Source: Parcubacteria group bacterium GW2011_GWA1_56_13 (GTDB lineage: Bacteria > Patescibacteriota > Minisyncoccia > Phycocordibacterales > Phycocordibacteraceae). Taken from it: a stretch of DNA of 64,000 bases. The translations under genes and the position numbers were made by a program. Shown in pieces: positions 40,437 to 49,995 of the stretch. Location: contig LCRY01000003.1 of NCBI GenBank assembly GCA_001004905.1, positions 24,830-88,829 on the forward strand, read 5' to 3'. Within the stretch, counting starts at the first letter, position 1, and each line of letters starts with the position of its first letter. The notes beneath the pieces were generated by a model. It was not told the DNA's origin. It saw only the letters and a list, made by a program, of their open reading frames with translations, and did no database searches.

Positions 40437-40846
40437 CGGACTATTCCAAGTTCCTGGTCAAAGAATATAAACACTGGCTGGTGAACGTTCACGAGAACCA
40501 GGGCTATCTCGGCAGATGCATAGTGTGGTGTAAGCGGGAAGATGCTCTCGACTTGGCCGATGCAACTAAAGATGAACAGAAGGAACTCATAACTATCATT
40601 GGCGAACTGCGAGAAGCGACGAAACGAGTGTTTCAAGCCGACTGGTTCAACTACGCTTTCTTAGGTAACGAAACGCGACATCTCCATGGCCATTTCATTC
40701 CGCGTTATTCATCGCAGCGAACATTTGAAGGAGTAACTTTTACAGACGAGCGTTGGGGTCATAACTATCGAACAAATCACGAGTTTGCTACCCCTCCTGG
40801 CGTATGGGAGGCAGTACGGCTACGGCTGAAAGAGGAGCTTGGCTAA
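40433..40846 (+). CDS. HIT-family hydrolase (histidine triad).
   Basis: HLHGHFIP histidine triad; 137 aa; 4-nt overlap with rdgB. Confidence 0.75.
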   Translation: MTDYSKFLVKEYKHWLVNVHENQGYLGRCIVWCKREDALDLADATKDEQKELITIIGELREATKRVFQADWFNYAFLGNETRHLHGHFIPRYSSQRTFEGVTFTDERWGHNYRTNHEFATPPGVWEAVRLRLKEELG

Positions 40847-41927
40847 AAATATGGAGGGACAAATAGGTCGACAAGCAACCGCAGCGATTAAAAACAAAGT
40901 GTTTCCGGGATGCGTGGTTGGCGTCGTGAGGAAATCTGGCGAGCGCCTCGTGCTCCCCTTCGGGAGATTCACTTACGAGCATGATTCTTGGAGCGTCGAG
41001 GAGAACACAATGTACGATATTGCCTCAATCACAAAATCCATTCCCACGGCCAGTCTCGCCTTGATGTTGATTGATCAGGGGGAGCTTAAGCTGACGGATA
41101 AGCTTATCGACCACGTTCCGGAATTCAATAACTCTGATCGTGAAAATGTGCTTATCAAGCACCTTCTCACCTACACACTTGATGGCTACAAATTGGCGAC
41201 TGCTCTCGATGGCGGAAAATTCGACATCAATAAAGATAAGACTGCGACGCAACTGCTGAATATTCTGCTTACGCATGATTTTGAAAAGCGTCCTGGAACA
41301 GTATTTAATTACACGAACATTCCTGCCGCCCTCCTCGGGCTGGTAGTGGAGCGAATTTATGGGAAGACTCTGGATGTGCTTGCCGATGAGCATTTCTTTG
41401 TCCCACTAGGAATGACTCGGAGCACGTTTTATCCCGAAAAGTTCCCGACCGAGGACATACCGCCTACAGAAATAGATAGCTGGCGCGGAGAAGTGCGCGG
41501 CGTGGTGCATGATGAGAGTGCTTACATAGCCAAACGCGATGGCAGGATCGTTGGTCACGCAGGCCTCTTCTCTACCGCCGGCGACATTCTTACTTTTCTT
41601 GAAATGCTCCTCAATGGAGGGATCTTCAATGGGAAGACATTCTTTTCAGAAGAAATTCTCCAGCAGATGGAGACGAATCAGATCCCAGAACTTAATAACT
41701 TTACCGGACTCGGCTGGGAATTAAACCAACCGCGCTACATGGGAAAGTACTGCGGCGAACATACGTTCGGCAAAACTGGCTTTACGGGGACGCTCTGTGT
41801 TGCTGATCGCCAGGAGGAGGTTGCATATGTGATTCTTTCCAATCGTGTTTATCCGAAACGAACAAAAGATTCTGCAGCGATCAACGCTTTTCGAGCGGCT
41901 GTAGGCGAAATTGTATTGGCTTCATGA
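40839..41927 (+). CDS. Serine hydrolase, beta-lactamase / PBP-like family.
   Basis: SxxK active-site motif (SITKS); overall class-C-like fold length (362 aa). Confidence 0.75.
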   Translation: MAKNMEGQIGRQATAAIKNKVFPGCVVGVVRKSGERLVLPFGRFTYEHDSWSVEENTMYDIASITKSIPTASLALMLIDQGELKLTDKLIDHVPEFNNSDRENVLIKHLLTYTLDGYKLATALDGGKFDINKDKTATQLLNILLTHDFEKRPGTVFNYTNIPAALLGLVVERIYGKTLDVLADEHFFVPLGMTRSTFYPEKFPTEDIPPTEIDSWRGEVRGVVHDESAYIAKRDGRIVGHAGLFSTAGDILTFLEMLLNGGIFNGKTFFSEEILQQMETNQIPELNNFTGLGWELNQPRYMGKYCGEHTFGKTGFTGTLCVADRQEEVAYVILSNRVYPKRTKDSAAINAFRAAVGEIVLAS

Positions 41928-42045
41928 CGAGGGCCGGAATCGAACTACGGCGCGCAAGGTAAAAAATGGGGGCGGGAATCGAACTTGAGCATCTAGGCCG
42001 TAGAAAGTCCAATTCATTTCGGGCGCCCCCAACACGTTGTAGCGA
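41928..42045 (-). other. Two degenerate tRNA 3'-end-like motifs (T-loop plus acceptor) that do not fold into full tRNAs.
   Basis: ggaatcgaac occurs twice on the plus strand; this is the antisense of GTTCGATTCC. One copy pairs GGGGGCG...CGCCCCC but lacks a complete T stem. Confidence 0.3.
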
Positions 42046-42064
42046 AACGAAAGGGTCTATACTT

Positions 42065-42808
42065 ATGCGTATGCAGGTCCAGAAGGTGATCGAGCAGCTT
42101 GGCTACACCCGCGACGAAGCGAAGGTCTATCTTGCTGCCCTGGGACTTGGCGAAAGCCATGTTTCCGATATCGCCCAGAAGGTCCGGCGGCCGCCAAGCA
42201 GCGTTCAGGTCATCATCAACAAGCTCCACAAGGACGGTTTGATGAATTTTTATGTCCGCAAGCGCTATAAATACTGGGTTGCCGAGAACCCGACACGCCT
42301 CATCGCGCGGCTTCGCGAACGCGAGGATTCGGTGCGCTCCGTGATGCCGCAGCTCGAGGCGCTCCAGCATGAGCGGGAGCAAAAGCCGCGCATCAAGATA
42401 TTCGAAGGAGTTGACGAGATACGGCTCCTGTATGACGACATGCTTGAGACGAAGACGCATATCCTCGCCATCATTCCCTGGGACGATTGGATACGCCTCC
42501 TCGGCCGCGGCTTCATGGAGGATTTCATAGAGAAGCGGGTCAAGCATTATCTGCACATCCGGCTTCTTATACCGAACACCGCGGTGGCGGCGGAACTCCG
42601 GTCGCGCGATGCGAGCGAACTGCGCGAGACGCGGTACGTGCCGGACGACGCGCCCATCCGGACAACGGTGCTCTTGTACGGCGCGAAGGCCGCCGTCGTG
42701 TCGCTTAACAGAAAACTGCCGACGGCGGTCCTGATCGAGGACGCCGACGTGCACGAAACACTCTCGGTATTTTTCGAGGAATTATGGGCTCGGAGCGCGG
42801 CCGCGTGA
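42065..42808 (+). CDS. TrmB-family transcriptional regulator.
   Basis: N-terminal winged HTH (LGYTRDEAKVYLAALGLGESHVSDIAQKVRRPPSSVQVIINKLHKDGLM) plus a C-terminal TrmB-like domain. Start refined to ATG 42065. Confidence 0.65.
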   Translation: MRMQVQKVIEQLGYTRDEAKVYLAALGLGESHVSDIAQKVRRPPSSVQVIINKLHKDGLMNFYVRKRYKYWVAENPTRLIARLREREDSVRSVMPQLEALQHEREQKPRIKIFEGVDEIRLLYDDMLETKTHILAIIPWDDWIRLLGRGFMEDFIEKRVKHYLHIRLLIPNTAVAAELRSRDASELRETRYVPDDAPIRTTVLLYGAKAAVVSLNRKLPTAVLIEDADVHETLSVFFEELWARSAAA

Positions 42809-42853
42809 ATCGAAGCGGCCGGCGACAAGATTTTTGCTGTCGTCGGCGCCGCA

Positions 42854-42884
42854 AAGCGCCCAGCATCTGCCTAGGCGCTTTTCG
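42854..42884 (+). terminator. Intrinsic terminator after the regulator gene.
   Basis: aagcgcccagcatctgcctaggcgcttttc. Confidence 0.5.
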
Positions 42885-43166
42885 GCGAAGTGCAATGCAC
42901 CCCTTTTTGTAGTGACAGTGGGCAGCATCAGGCGAGAATGATGATAGTTCGTTCTCACCAGAAACGTCCTTGCCGTATACCAGGTCCGCTTACAGATGTG
43001 GATGGGAATCCGCTCTACAGGACCACCTTACAACATAAAGGATCCGTCTTCTTCGAAGAACGAACGGGGCAAGCAAGAAGGTCCCGCCATGTGCGGGGCC
43101 TTCTGCGAAAAGGTAGCGGGACCTTATCTCCGCTTTTATTATTAACAGCGTTAATGTATAACAATT

Positions 43167-43349
43167 ATGTGGCAAGATTACGTAAATGCATTGCTCGGGC
43201 TCTGCGTCTTTGCGGTCGCTTTTCTCGGGCTCACGGGCGCAACCCTTAGTTGGACGCTTGGCATTCTCGGCGCAGCAATTCTGGTTCTCGGTTTGTGGGG
43301 CGCAAGCAGGACATCGTCTGCATCGGAATTTGAGCACAAGCATGCCTAG
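43167..43349 (+). CDS. Possible small two-TM membrane protein.
   Basis: 60 aa, two hydrophobic helices. Weak support. Confidence 0.25.
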   Translation: MWQDYVNALLGLCVFAVAFLGLTGATLSWTLGILGAAILVLGLWGASRTSSASEFEHKHA

Positions 43350-43383
43350 TTTCCGGCATTACCAGCCCTAACACGAAACTACT

Positions 43384-43803
43384 ATGCCCATCATCAAGTG
43401 GGAGCCGCTCAGCGAATTGGACCGCCTTTTTGAGGGGCGTCCGTACATCTCAATGTTCCCGAAACTGGGATGGGACCTCGCCATTGACCTCTACGAAGAG
43501 GACGGCACTGTGGTCGCAAAGATGAATTTGCCGGGCGTGAAGAGCGAAGAACTCGACATCGCCATCGATGAAGATTCGCTCAGCGTCTCCGGGAGCCGCG
43601 AAGAGGAGGAGGAAACAGAAAAAAAGGACTACTACAGCAAGGAAATCCGTCGGGGGTCGTTTTCGCGCTCCGTGAGTTTGCCGAAGCCGGTCAACGCGTC
43701 AGGAGCCGAAGCGGAGTATGCCGACGGCATCCTCACCATCACCATGCCGATCCTGGAGGGGAAGCAGAGGGAAACCGTGCGGGTAAGGGTCGCCGCGAAG
43801 TAG
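43384..43803 (+). CDS. Small heat-shock protein (Hsp20 / alpha-crystallin family).
   Basis: Alpha-crystallin-domain hallmarks: DLYEEDGTVVAKMNLPGV...GILTITMP. Confidence 0.9.
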   Translation: MPIIKWEPLSELDRLFEGRPYISMFPKLGWDLAIDLYEEDGTVVAKMNLPGVKSEELDIAIDEDSLSVSGSREEEEETEKKDYYSKEIRRGSFSRSVSLPKPVNASGAEAEYADGILTITMPILEGKQRETVRVRVAAK

Positions 43804-43962
43804 ATACGATCATGGGGAAGCGAGATTTTCTTGATTGGAAACGCATCCTGCGCGAGCAGGACCGTCTCACGCGCCCGCCGCGGCTTGAGGGGAAAGTGAA
43901 GAATGCGATGATGAACCCGGTCCGTAAGAAAAAGAAACAGGGATTCCGAGCAATAGTCGCTC

Positions 43963-44610
43963 ATGAAAACCGACAACAGATCGCCTCTGCATTTTGAAGA
44001 TCGCCGTGACGCGGGCGTGCGGCTTGCCAAAGCGCTCGCGCGATACGACAGCGAAGACGCGGTGATTTACGCTTTGCCGCGCGGAGGCGCGGTGCTCGGG
44101 GCCGAAGTGGCAAAACAGCTGGAACTCCCGCTTGCACTCGTCATTCCGCGCAAGATCGGCCACCCCGAAAATCCCGAGTACGCCGTCTGCGCCGTAACCG
44201 AGGAAGGAGAGCTCGTCTGCAACGAGGAGGAGTCGAGCAAGCTTGACCCGAAATGGCTCAAAGCGGCGGCGAAGCGCGGACAAAACGAGGCGAAGCGCCG
44301 GCGCGCCGCCTACGGCGGCGCGCGCCTCTCCGCTACCGGCAAGCTCGCGATAATCGTCGACGACGGTATCGCGACCGGCCTCACCATGCGCGCGGCTATT
44401 CGCTCGCTCCGCCGCGAGCTGCCGAGCGAGGTCGTCGCAGCCGCCCCCATCGCTCCGCGCGAAGTCGCCGAGTATCTGCGGGGAGAGGCGGATGATGTCG
44501 TGGTCCTTGACGACACCGAACCCTTCCTTGGCGCCATCGGGGCTTATTACAAATCCTTTCCTCAAGTGACCGACGAGGAAGTTATCAGGATTATGAAAGC
44601 GGCAGTATGA
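43963..44610 (+). CDS. Phosphoribosyltransferase-domain protein.
   Basis: PRPP-binding motif LAIIVDDGIATGLTM; 215 aa. Confidence 0.7.
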   Translation: MKTDNRSPLHFEDRRDAGVRLAKALARYDSEDAVIYALPRGGAVLGAEVAKQLELPLALVIPRKIGHPENPEYAVCAVTEEGELVCNEEESSKLDPKWLKAAAKRGQNEAKRRRAAYGGARLSATGKLAIIVDDGIATGLTMRAAIRSLRRELPSEVVAAAPIAPREVAEYLRGEADDVVVLDDTEPFLGAIGAYYKSFPQVTDEEVIRIMKAAV

Positions 44611-44891
44611 CTCGTAAACCTGTGAAACGCTGGTCGGCGAAAGTAACGCGCGAGAGCGCCGCGCTCTCGCTCATGCCGGGCATATTCACCTGGGACGATC
44701 CGAAGAAGATCGCGCGTTCGCTCAAGCGTTCGGCCGAAATGAGCCGCGCTCGGAAAGGGTCGTCGCGGCAAATCGCGATGTCCATGCTTACCTTCTACGT
44801 CAATCGCGCGGGCGCGAATCTCACCGCGAGACAGAAGCGCATTCTCGGGCGGGCGAAGCGAGAACTGCGCAAGCTTTCCACGCACGTATGA
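44607..44891 (+). CDS. DUF3175-family protein.
   Basis: TWDDPKKIARSLKRSAE...SMLTFYVNRAGANL pattern; 94 aa, basic. Confidence 0.55.
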   Translation: MTRKPVKRWSAKVTRESAALSLMPGIFTWDDPKKIARSLKRSAEMSRARKGSSRQIAMSMLTFYVNRAGANLTARQKRILGRAKRELRKLSTHV

Positions 44892-45081
44892 AAAGGCGCA
44901 TGGCAACAGAACGGCTCACACTCGTCGCGGCAAATCGCGTGTCCTTGGAGGAAGGGCTTGCCATACCGGAAGAGGTTGACGTGCCGCTCCGGCTCAAAGA
45001 CCGCACGGAAAAACCGACACGTCCGCCCGGCAAAATCCGCGCCGGGGCAAAAGAAGGATACCGGCACTTGCACCGGAAATA

Positions 45082-46062
45082 ATGCAACGGATCATGCGGT
45101 TGCTTCTTATTGGAGACGTGATGCTCGGAAGAGGCGTGAACGAACGGCTCTCCGCCGCGCCGCCGGAGCGCCCGTGGGGCAATACGCTTGCGCTCATTCG
45201 GGAAGCCGACGTCCGCATCTGCAATCTCGAATGCGTGCTGTCGGACGGCGGCGCTCCCGCCCGGAAAGAATTCACGTTCCGCTCCGATGCCAAGAATGTC
45301 GAGGTTCTCAAGACGGCGGGGATCAATCTTGTTTCGCTCGCCAATAATCATTCGCTTGACTATGGCACCGAAGCGCTCGCCGACACGCTCGGAATCCTCG
45401 ATTTTGCCGGCATCGCGCATGCCGGCGCGGGCGGGGACTCTGCGGAAGCGCAGGCGCTCGCGCAAGTCCGTCTCGACGGAGCGTCGACCGGCATGCTCTC
45501 GGCGACCGACAGCGAGCCCGGATGGGAGGCGCGCGCGGACAAGCCCGGGACCTGGTTCGTCCCCATCTCGCTCGATGAACCGCGCGCGCAACGACTCCTT
45601 GCCCGCGTGCGGGCGGGCAAGCGCGAGGTCGACGCGCTCATCGTCTCGCTCCACTGGGGAGCGAACCGGGGATGCCGCCCCGAGGCCAGGCATCGCGAAT
45701 TCGCGCACGCGCTCGTCGACGCCGGGGCCGATATCGTGTTCGGGCACTCGAGCCATGTGTTCCGGGGCGTCGAGCTATATGCGGGCCGCCTCATCATTTT
45801 CGGCGCCGGTGATTTCATCGACGACTATGCCGTGGACGAGGCCGAACGCAATGACGAGTCGTTCGTCTTCAGCGCGGAAATGGGCGACGGGCTCGTGGCG
45901 CGCGTCCGCCTCTACCCGGTCGTCATAGAAGAGCTCGCGACGCGGCTCGCGGAAGCATCGCGCGCCAGGCCAGTCGCGGCGCGCATGGAGACGCTCTGCC
46001 GCGAATTGGGGACGGCGACGGAATGGATCGAGCGGGAAGGGGCGCTCGAGGTGCGGTTCTGA
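45082..46062 (+). CDS. CapA-family metallophosphatase (PGA_cap).
   Basis: LLLIGDVMLGR...CNLECVLS...VSLANNHSLDYG...HWG, the CapA/YwtB motifs. Confidence 0.8.
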   Translation: MQRIMRLLLIGDVMLGRGVNERLSAAPPERPWGNTLALIREADVRICNLECVLSDGGAPARKEFTFRSDAKNVEVLKTAGINLVSLANNHSLDYGTEALADTLGILDFAGIAHAGAGGDSAEAQALAQVRLDGASTGMLSATDSEPGWEARADKPGTWFVPISLDEPRAQRLLARVRAGKREVDALIVSLHWGANRGCRPEARHREFAHALVDAGADIVFGHSSHVFRGVELYAGRLIIFGAGDFIDDYAVDEAERNDESFVFSAEMGDGLVARVRLYPVVIEELATRLAEASRARPVAARMETLCRELGTATEWIEREGALEVRF

Positions 46063-46079
46063 ATCACAGGAGTGCACAT

Positions 46080-46481
46080 ATGCCGTACACGTTCAAAGCG
46101 CATGTCGCCGATGTCCGGATGCAGGTTTCGGGCAGGACGCTTCGCGCTGTTTTTAAGGACGCGCTCGCCGGCATGACCGCGCTCGCGAAGCCGCGCTCGC
46201 CAGGCGCGCGCGTTACGCGCGACATCGCGCTCTCGGCTCCGGATGCGACCGCGCTCCTTATCGATTTTCTCAACGAGGCGCTCGTACTCATGCTCACGCG
46301 GCGCGAGGCATACTCCGCGGTCGTATTCGAACACCTCGGCGAGCGCGGGCTTGTCGCGCGGCTCGCGGGGAAGAGTGTCGAAGGATTTGGCGAAGATATC
46401 AAGGCGGTGACGTATCATGAAGCCGCGCTCGCGCGCGCCCCTTCCGGCTTCTGGCAGACGACCATCATCTTTGACGTATAA
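46080..46481 (+). CDS. Archease (RtcB activator).
   Basis: MPYTFKAHVADVRMQVSGRTLRAVFKDALAGM...; 133 aa. Start refined to ATG 46080. Confidence 0.8.
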   Translation: MPYTFKAHVADVRMQVSGRTLRAVFKDALAGMTALAKPRSPGARVTRDIALSAPDATALLIDFLNEALVLMLTRREAYSAVVFEHLGERGLVARLAGKSVEGFGEDIKAVTYHEAALARAPSGFWQTTIIFDV

Positions 46482-46487
46482 ATCGCC

Positions 46488-47048
46488 ATGAAGGAAACAA
46501 AAAAACCGCCGCGCCGCGTCTTCGTCGGCATCAAAATGCCGGACGAGGTCGCTCGCGCGCTCGTCAAGCTCCAAGCGCGGCTTGGAGGTCTGCCGGTGAA
46601 GCTCATCCCGAAGGAAGACCTCCATCTGACTCTGGCGCCGCCCTGGCAGGAGACGATGGTCATTCGCGCTTCGCAGAATCTGCGCAAATTGCTCGCTAAC
46701 GTGCCGATGTTCACGCTCACGCTGCGGACGCTTTCATACGGCCCGGACCGGTGGCGCCCACGCCTTGTGTGGGCGACGTGCTCCGACACCGAACCCGTCG
46801 TCGCCTTCAAGAAGAAGCTTCTCAAAGCGTTCGGCGTGCGCGAGCATGTACCTTTCACCCCGCACGTGACCGTCGCGCGTTTCGAGCTCCAGGACGAGAC
46901 TGCGCCGCTCCGCATCCCACTCGATATCCCGCTCGATATTTCCCTATCGGTTGAGCGGGTGCAGATGTTCGAATCGCCGCACGAGGGCGGGAGCGGCTAC
47001 AAGGTTCTCTACGACTTCCATCTTTCCTTCGATGGCCTGCCCCACTAA
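46488..47048 (+). CDS. 2H phosphoesterase (LigT/ThpR-like RNA 2',3'-cyclic phosphodiesterase).
   Basis: Two H-x-T-x motifs (HLTLAPP and HVTVARF) at the expected spacing. Confidence 0.7.
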   Translation: MKETKKPPRRVFVGIKMPDEVARALVKLQARLGGLPVKLIPKEDLHLTLAPPWQETMVIRASQNLRKLLANVPMFTLTLRTLSYGPDRWRPRLVWATCSDTEPVVAFKKKLLKAFGVREHVPFTPHVTVARFELQDETAPLRIPLDIPLDISLSVERVQMFESPHEGGSGYKVLYDFHLSFDGLPH

Positions 47049-47054
47049 ATCTCC

Positions 47055-48455
47055 GTGGACATCGCACGCCTTCAGAAGATCGAGGACTACCTGTGGGAGA
47101 TACCGCAGGATTTTCGAGGCGATATGCGCGTGCCAGCGCGCATTTTCGCGACGGAGCGGCTGCCCCGCGACATCGCCAGCGACCGCTCTCTTGAGCAGCT
47201 CATGAACGTCGCGGCGCTCCCCGGCATCAGAGAGTACGCGCTCGCCATGCCGGATGTGCACGAAGGGTACGGGTTCCCGGTCGGCGGCGTTGCCGCTTTT
47301 GGTCTTGAGGACGGCATTATCTCGCCCGGTGGCATCGGCTATGACATAAACTGCGGCGTGCGGCTTCTCCTGTCCGGCCTGCGGAAGGAGGTTGTTGCGG
47401 CGCATACGCATAATCTCGCGCGTACGATATTCGCAGAAGTGCCGTCCGGCACAGGCCGCGGCGGAACGCTTTCGCTTAAGGATGAGGAACTCGACCTCGT
47501 GCTTGCACGCGGTGCGAAGCGCATGGCCGAACTTGGGTATGCGGAGGATGACGATCTCGCGCACATCGAGTCAGGCGGCGTTTTACCCGGCGCCGATCCT
47601 GCCGCCATATCCGTTCACGCGAAATCACGCGGACGCGACCAGCTCGGCACCATCGGGGCGGGGAATCACTTTGTCGAGGTTGGTTTTGTTGACGAAGTTT
47701 TTGATGCAAAAATGGCACACCGCATGGGTATCGCGCTCGGGCAGGTCACGGTGCTCATTCATACAGGCTCGAGAGGGCTCGGACACCAGGTCGCCACCGA
47801 TCACATCCGCGCCATGGTCCGCGCGATGCCGAAGTATCACATTACGCTCCCCGACCGTGAACTCGCCTGCGCGCCCTTTAAGTCGCCGGAAGGGCAGGCG
47901 TATTTCTCCGCGATGAACGCCGCCGGAAACTTCGCGTGGGCGAATCGGCAACTCATCACCGCTCGTGTGCGACGTGCATGGCAGGCGGTGTTCGGAGCGG
48001 GTGAGAAACTCTCCGTCCTATATGACGTCGCGCACAACATCGCGAAGATTGAGTCATACGAAATTGACGGGAAGGTCGAGGGTCTGCTCGTGCATCGCAA
48101 GGGCGCAACGCGCGCGTTTCCCGGTCAGCCGGTCTTGATCCCCGGCTCTATGGGCACTGCCTCTTACGTTCTTGTCGGAGAGAAGAAATCGCTTGCGACG
48201 AGCTTCGGGTCAAGCTGTCATGGGGCTGGCAGAGCGATGTCACGCACGAAGGCTCGGGCGCGGATAGGAGCCAAACAACTTCGCGCCGAACTCGAAGCGC
48301 AGGGCATTGCGATCGCCGCCGGCTCGCGCCGCGGATTCACCGAGGAGGCACCGTTTGCGTACAAAGACATTGATGCGGTCGTGAGCGTTATCCACGACGC
48401 CGGCATTGCGAGCCGCGTCGCGCGGCTGCGGCCGCTCGCGGTCATGAAGGGATAG
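47055..48455 (+). CDS. rtcB: RNA-splicing ligase RtcB.
   Basis: GIGYDINCGVRL; C-terminal CHGAGR; metal-binding His residues; 466 aa. Confidence 0.92.
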   Translation: MDIARLQKIEDYLWEIPQDFRGDMRVPARIFATERLPRDIASDRSLEQLMNVAALPGIREYALAMPDVHEGYGFPVGGVAAFGLEDGIISPGGIGYDINCGVRLLLSGLRKEVVAAHTHNLARTIFAEVPSGTGRGGTLSLKDEELDLVLARGAKRMAELGYAEDDDLAHIESGGVLPGADPAAISVHAKSRGRDQLGTIGAGNHFVEVGFVDEVFDAKMAHRMGIALGQVTVLIHTGSRGLGHQVATDHIRAMVRAMPKYHITLPDRELACAPFKSPEGQAYFSAMNAAGNFAWANRQLITARVRRAWQAVFGAGEKLSVLYDVAHNIAKIESYEIDGKVEGLLVHRKGATRAFPGQPVLIPGSMGTASYVLVGEKKSLATSFGSSCHGAGRAMSRTKARARIGAKQLRAELEAQGIAIAAGSRRGFTEEAPFAYKDIDAVVSVIHDAGIASRVARLRPLAVMKG

Positions 48456-48523
48456 TCGGGCGGAATGTGTGCGTTCTGGCCCCGATGTGCTGAGGCGGCG
48501 GTTGCGGCGATGGAGACGATGCT

Positions 48524-49297
48524 ATGATGAAACGTATGGAAACTACACCGCTGAAGCAGATTATGGACCTTACCGGGAAGACAGCTATCATTACGGGCGG
48601 CGCGATGGGCATCGGATACGGCATTTCCTACCGGCTCGCGGAAGCGGGTGCGGCGGCGGATGCCGCGGCCGCAAAGCTTTCGGAAAAAGGATGGAAGGCA
48701 ATGGCCGTCGCGGTCAATGTGGCGGACGCTCCTCAGGTAGAGCACATGGCCGCCTCCGCTGTCGGAGCGTACGGTTCCATCGACATTCTCGTAAACAATG
48801 CGGGTATTTACCCGAACGTGCCGGTGATGCGATTATCCCCCGAGGAGTTCGACAAGATCATTTCCATAAACCTCAAGGGCGTTTATCTGTGTACCAAAGC
48901 CGCCGCCGCACACATGCTCAAGCAGGGCAAGGGCGGCAAGATCATCAATATTACTTCCATCGACGCCATCCACCCTTCAATGGTCGGCCTTGCCACCTAC
49001 GATGCTTCGAAACACGGCGTCTGGGGCTTCACCAAAAATGCGGCGCTCGAGCTCGCGCCCCATAAGATATGGGTGAACGCCATTGCGCCCGGCGGTATCC
49101 ACACTCCCGGCACCGGCGCGGGTTCGATGACCAAGGAAGCTGAGGAGGCCATGAAGCCATTCATGGAAAAAATCCCGATGAAACGGATGGGAGAACCCGA
49201 CGACATCGGCAAAGTCGCGCTTTTCCTCGCCTCCGACCTCTCAAGCTACATGACCGGCAGCCAGGTCGTCGTGGATGGCGGCGTGCTGCTTGCGTAA
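48524..49297 (+). CDS. SDR-family oxidoreductase (FabG-like).
   Basis: TGGAMGIGYG dinucleotide motif; NNAG; YxxxK catalytic pair (YDASKHG). Confidence 0.85.
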   Translation: MMKRMETTPLKQIMDLTGKTAIITGGAMGIGYGISYRLAEAGAAADAAAAKLSEKGWKAMAVAVNVADAPQVEHMAASAVGAYGSIDILVNNAGIYPNVPVMRLSPEEFDKIISINLKGVYLCTKAAAAHMLKQGKGGKIINITSIDAIHPSMVGLATYDASKHGVWGFTKNAALELAPHKIWVNAIAPGGIHTPGTGAGSMTKEAEEAMKPFMEKIPMKRMGEPDDIGKVALFLASDLSSYMTGSQVVVDGGVLLA

Positions 49298-49300
49298 CCG

Positions 49301-49924
49301 TTAGCGTTTGATTTTTCGGCGGAACGGCACGAACGCAAATCCCGGGAATTTCTGGACGCTGAAAGAGCCGTCAGCGTTTTTTATCTCGAGAAAAAGGGCG
49401 CCATCCTTTGGATAGACCATCCGGCCCCCGCTCGCCAGTTGCGCACGCCACTCTCCAGGCACTTCCACAAGCGATGCGGCCGCGATGATGCGGTCAAATG
49501 GCGCCCTGTCGCTATAACCGCTCTCTGCGCTCTCGCACAGCATTTCGGCGCGGTGCATGAGCGCGGGATATTTCGCGATGTTTTGTTTCCCGAACGCGCA
49601 TAACTCCGGCACGATCTCGAATGCGTAGATACGCCCCCGAGGCCCGACGAGCTTGGCCAGAAGCGCGGTCGCCCAGCACGAGCCATAGCCGACCTCAAGC
49701 ACGCGGTTTCCGCTTTGTGCCTGCAATCGTTCGAGCATGTACACGACCGTATACGGTTGGGAAATAGTTTGCCCGAAACCGATCGGCAAGGCAGTATCTT
49801 TATATGCATAGGCGCGGACATTTTCCGGAACGAAATCGGCGCGGTCAACCGTGGCGAGCGCTTGTGTGATCGGCGGAGAGCGCAGAACGCCGCTTTTTTC
49901 AAGCTCGGCAATGAGTTCATCCAT
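49301..49924 (-). CDS. pcm: Protein-L-isoaspartate O-methyltransferase.
   Basis: TISQPYTVVYMLE; SAM motif VLEVGYGSCW; 207 aa. Confidence 0.85.
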   Translation of the reverse strand: MDELIAELEKSGVLRSPPITQALATVDRADFVPENVRAYAYKDTALPIGFGQTISQPYTVVYMLERLQAQSGNRVLEVGYGSCWATALLAKLVGPRGRIYAFEIVPELCAFGKQNIAKYPALMHRAEMLCESAESGYSDRAPFDRIIAAASLVEVPGEWRAQLASGGRMVYPKDGALFLEIKNADGSFSVQKFPGFAFVPFRRKIKR

Positions 49925-49995
49925 GGAAGTAACTATAACTCCAGACGGTGAGCACAGTGCTTGCGTAATACCCCCAGGGGGTATACCATACGTCC

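Noticed and set aside
41928-42045. Two additional minus-strand tRNA genes.
   Set aside because: Only the T-loop/acceptor-like 3' portions are present. No D-arm or anticodon arm can be folded. They are treated as relics.
42890-43249. 119-aa ORF upstream of hsp20.
   Set aside because: Basic, low-complexity translation with no motif; it overlaps a more plausible small membrane-protein ORF in another frame.
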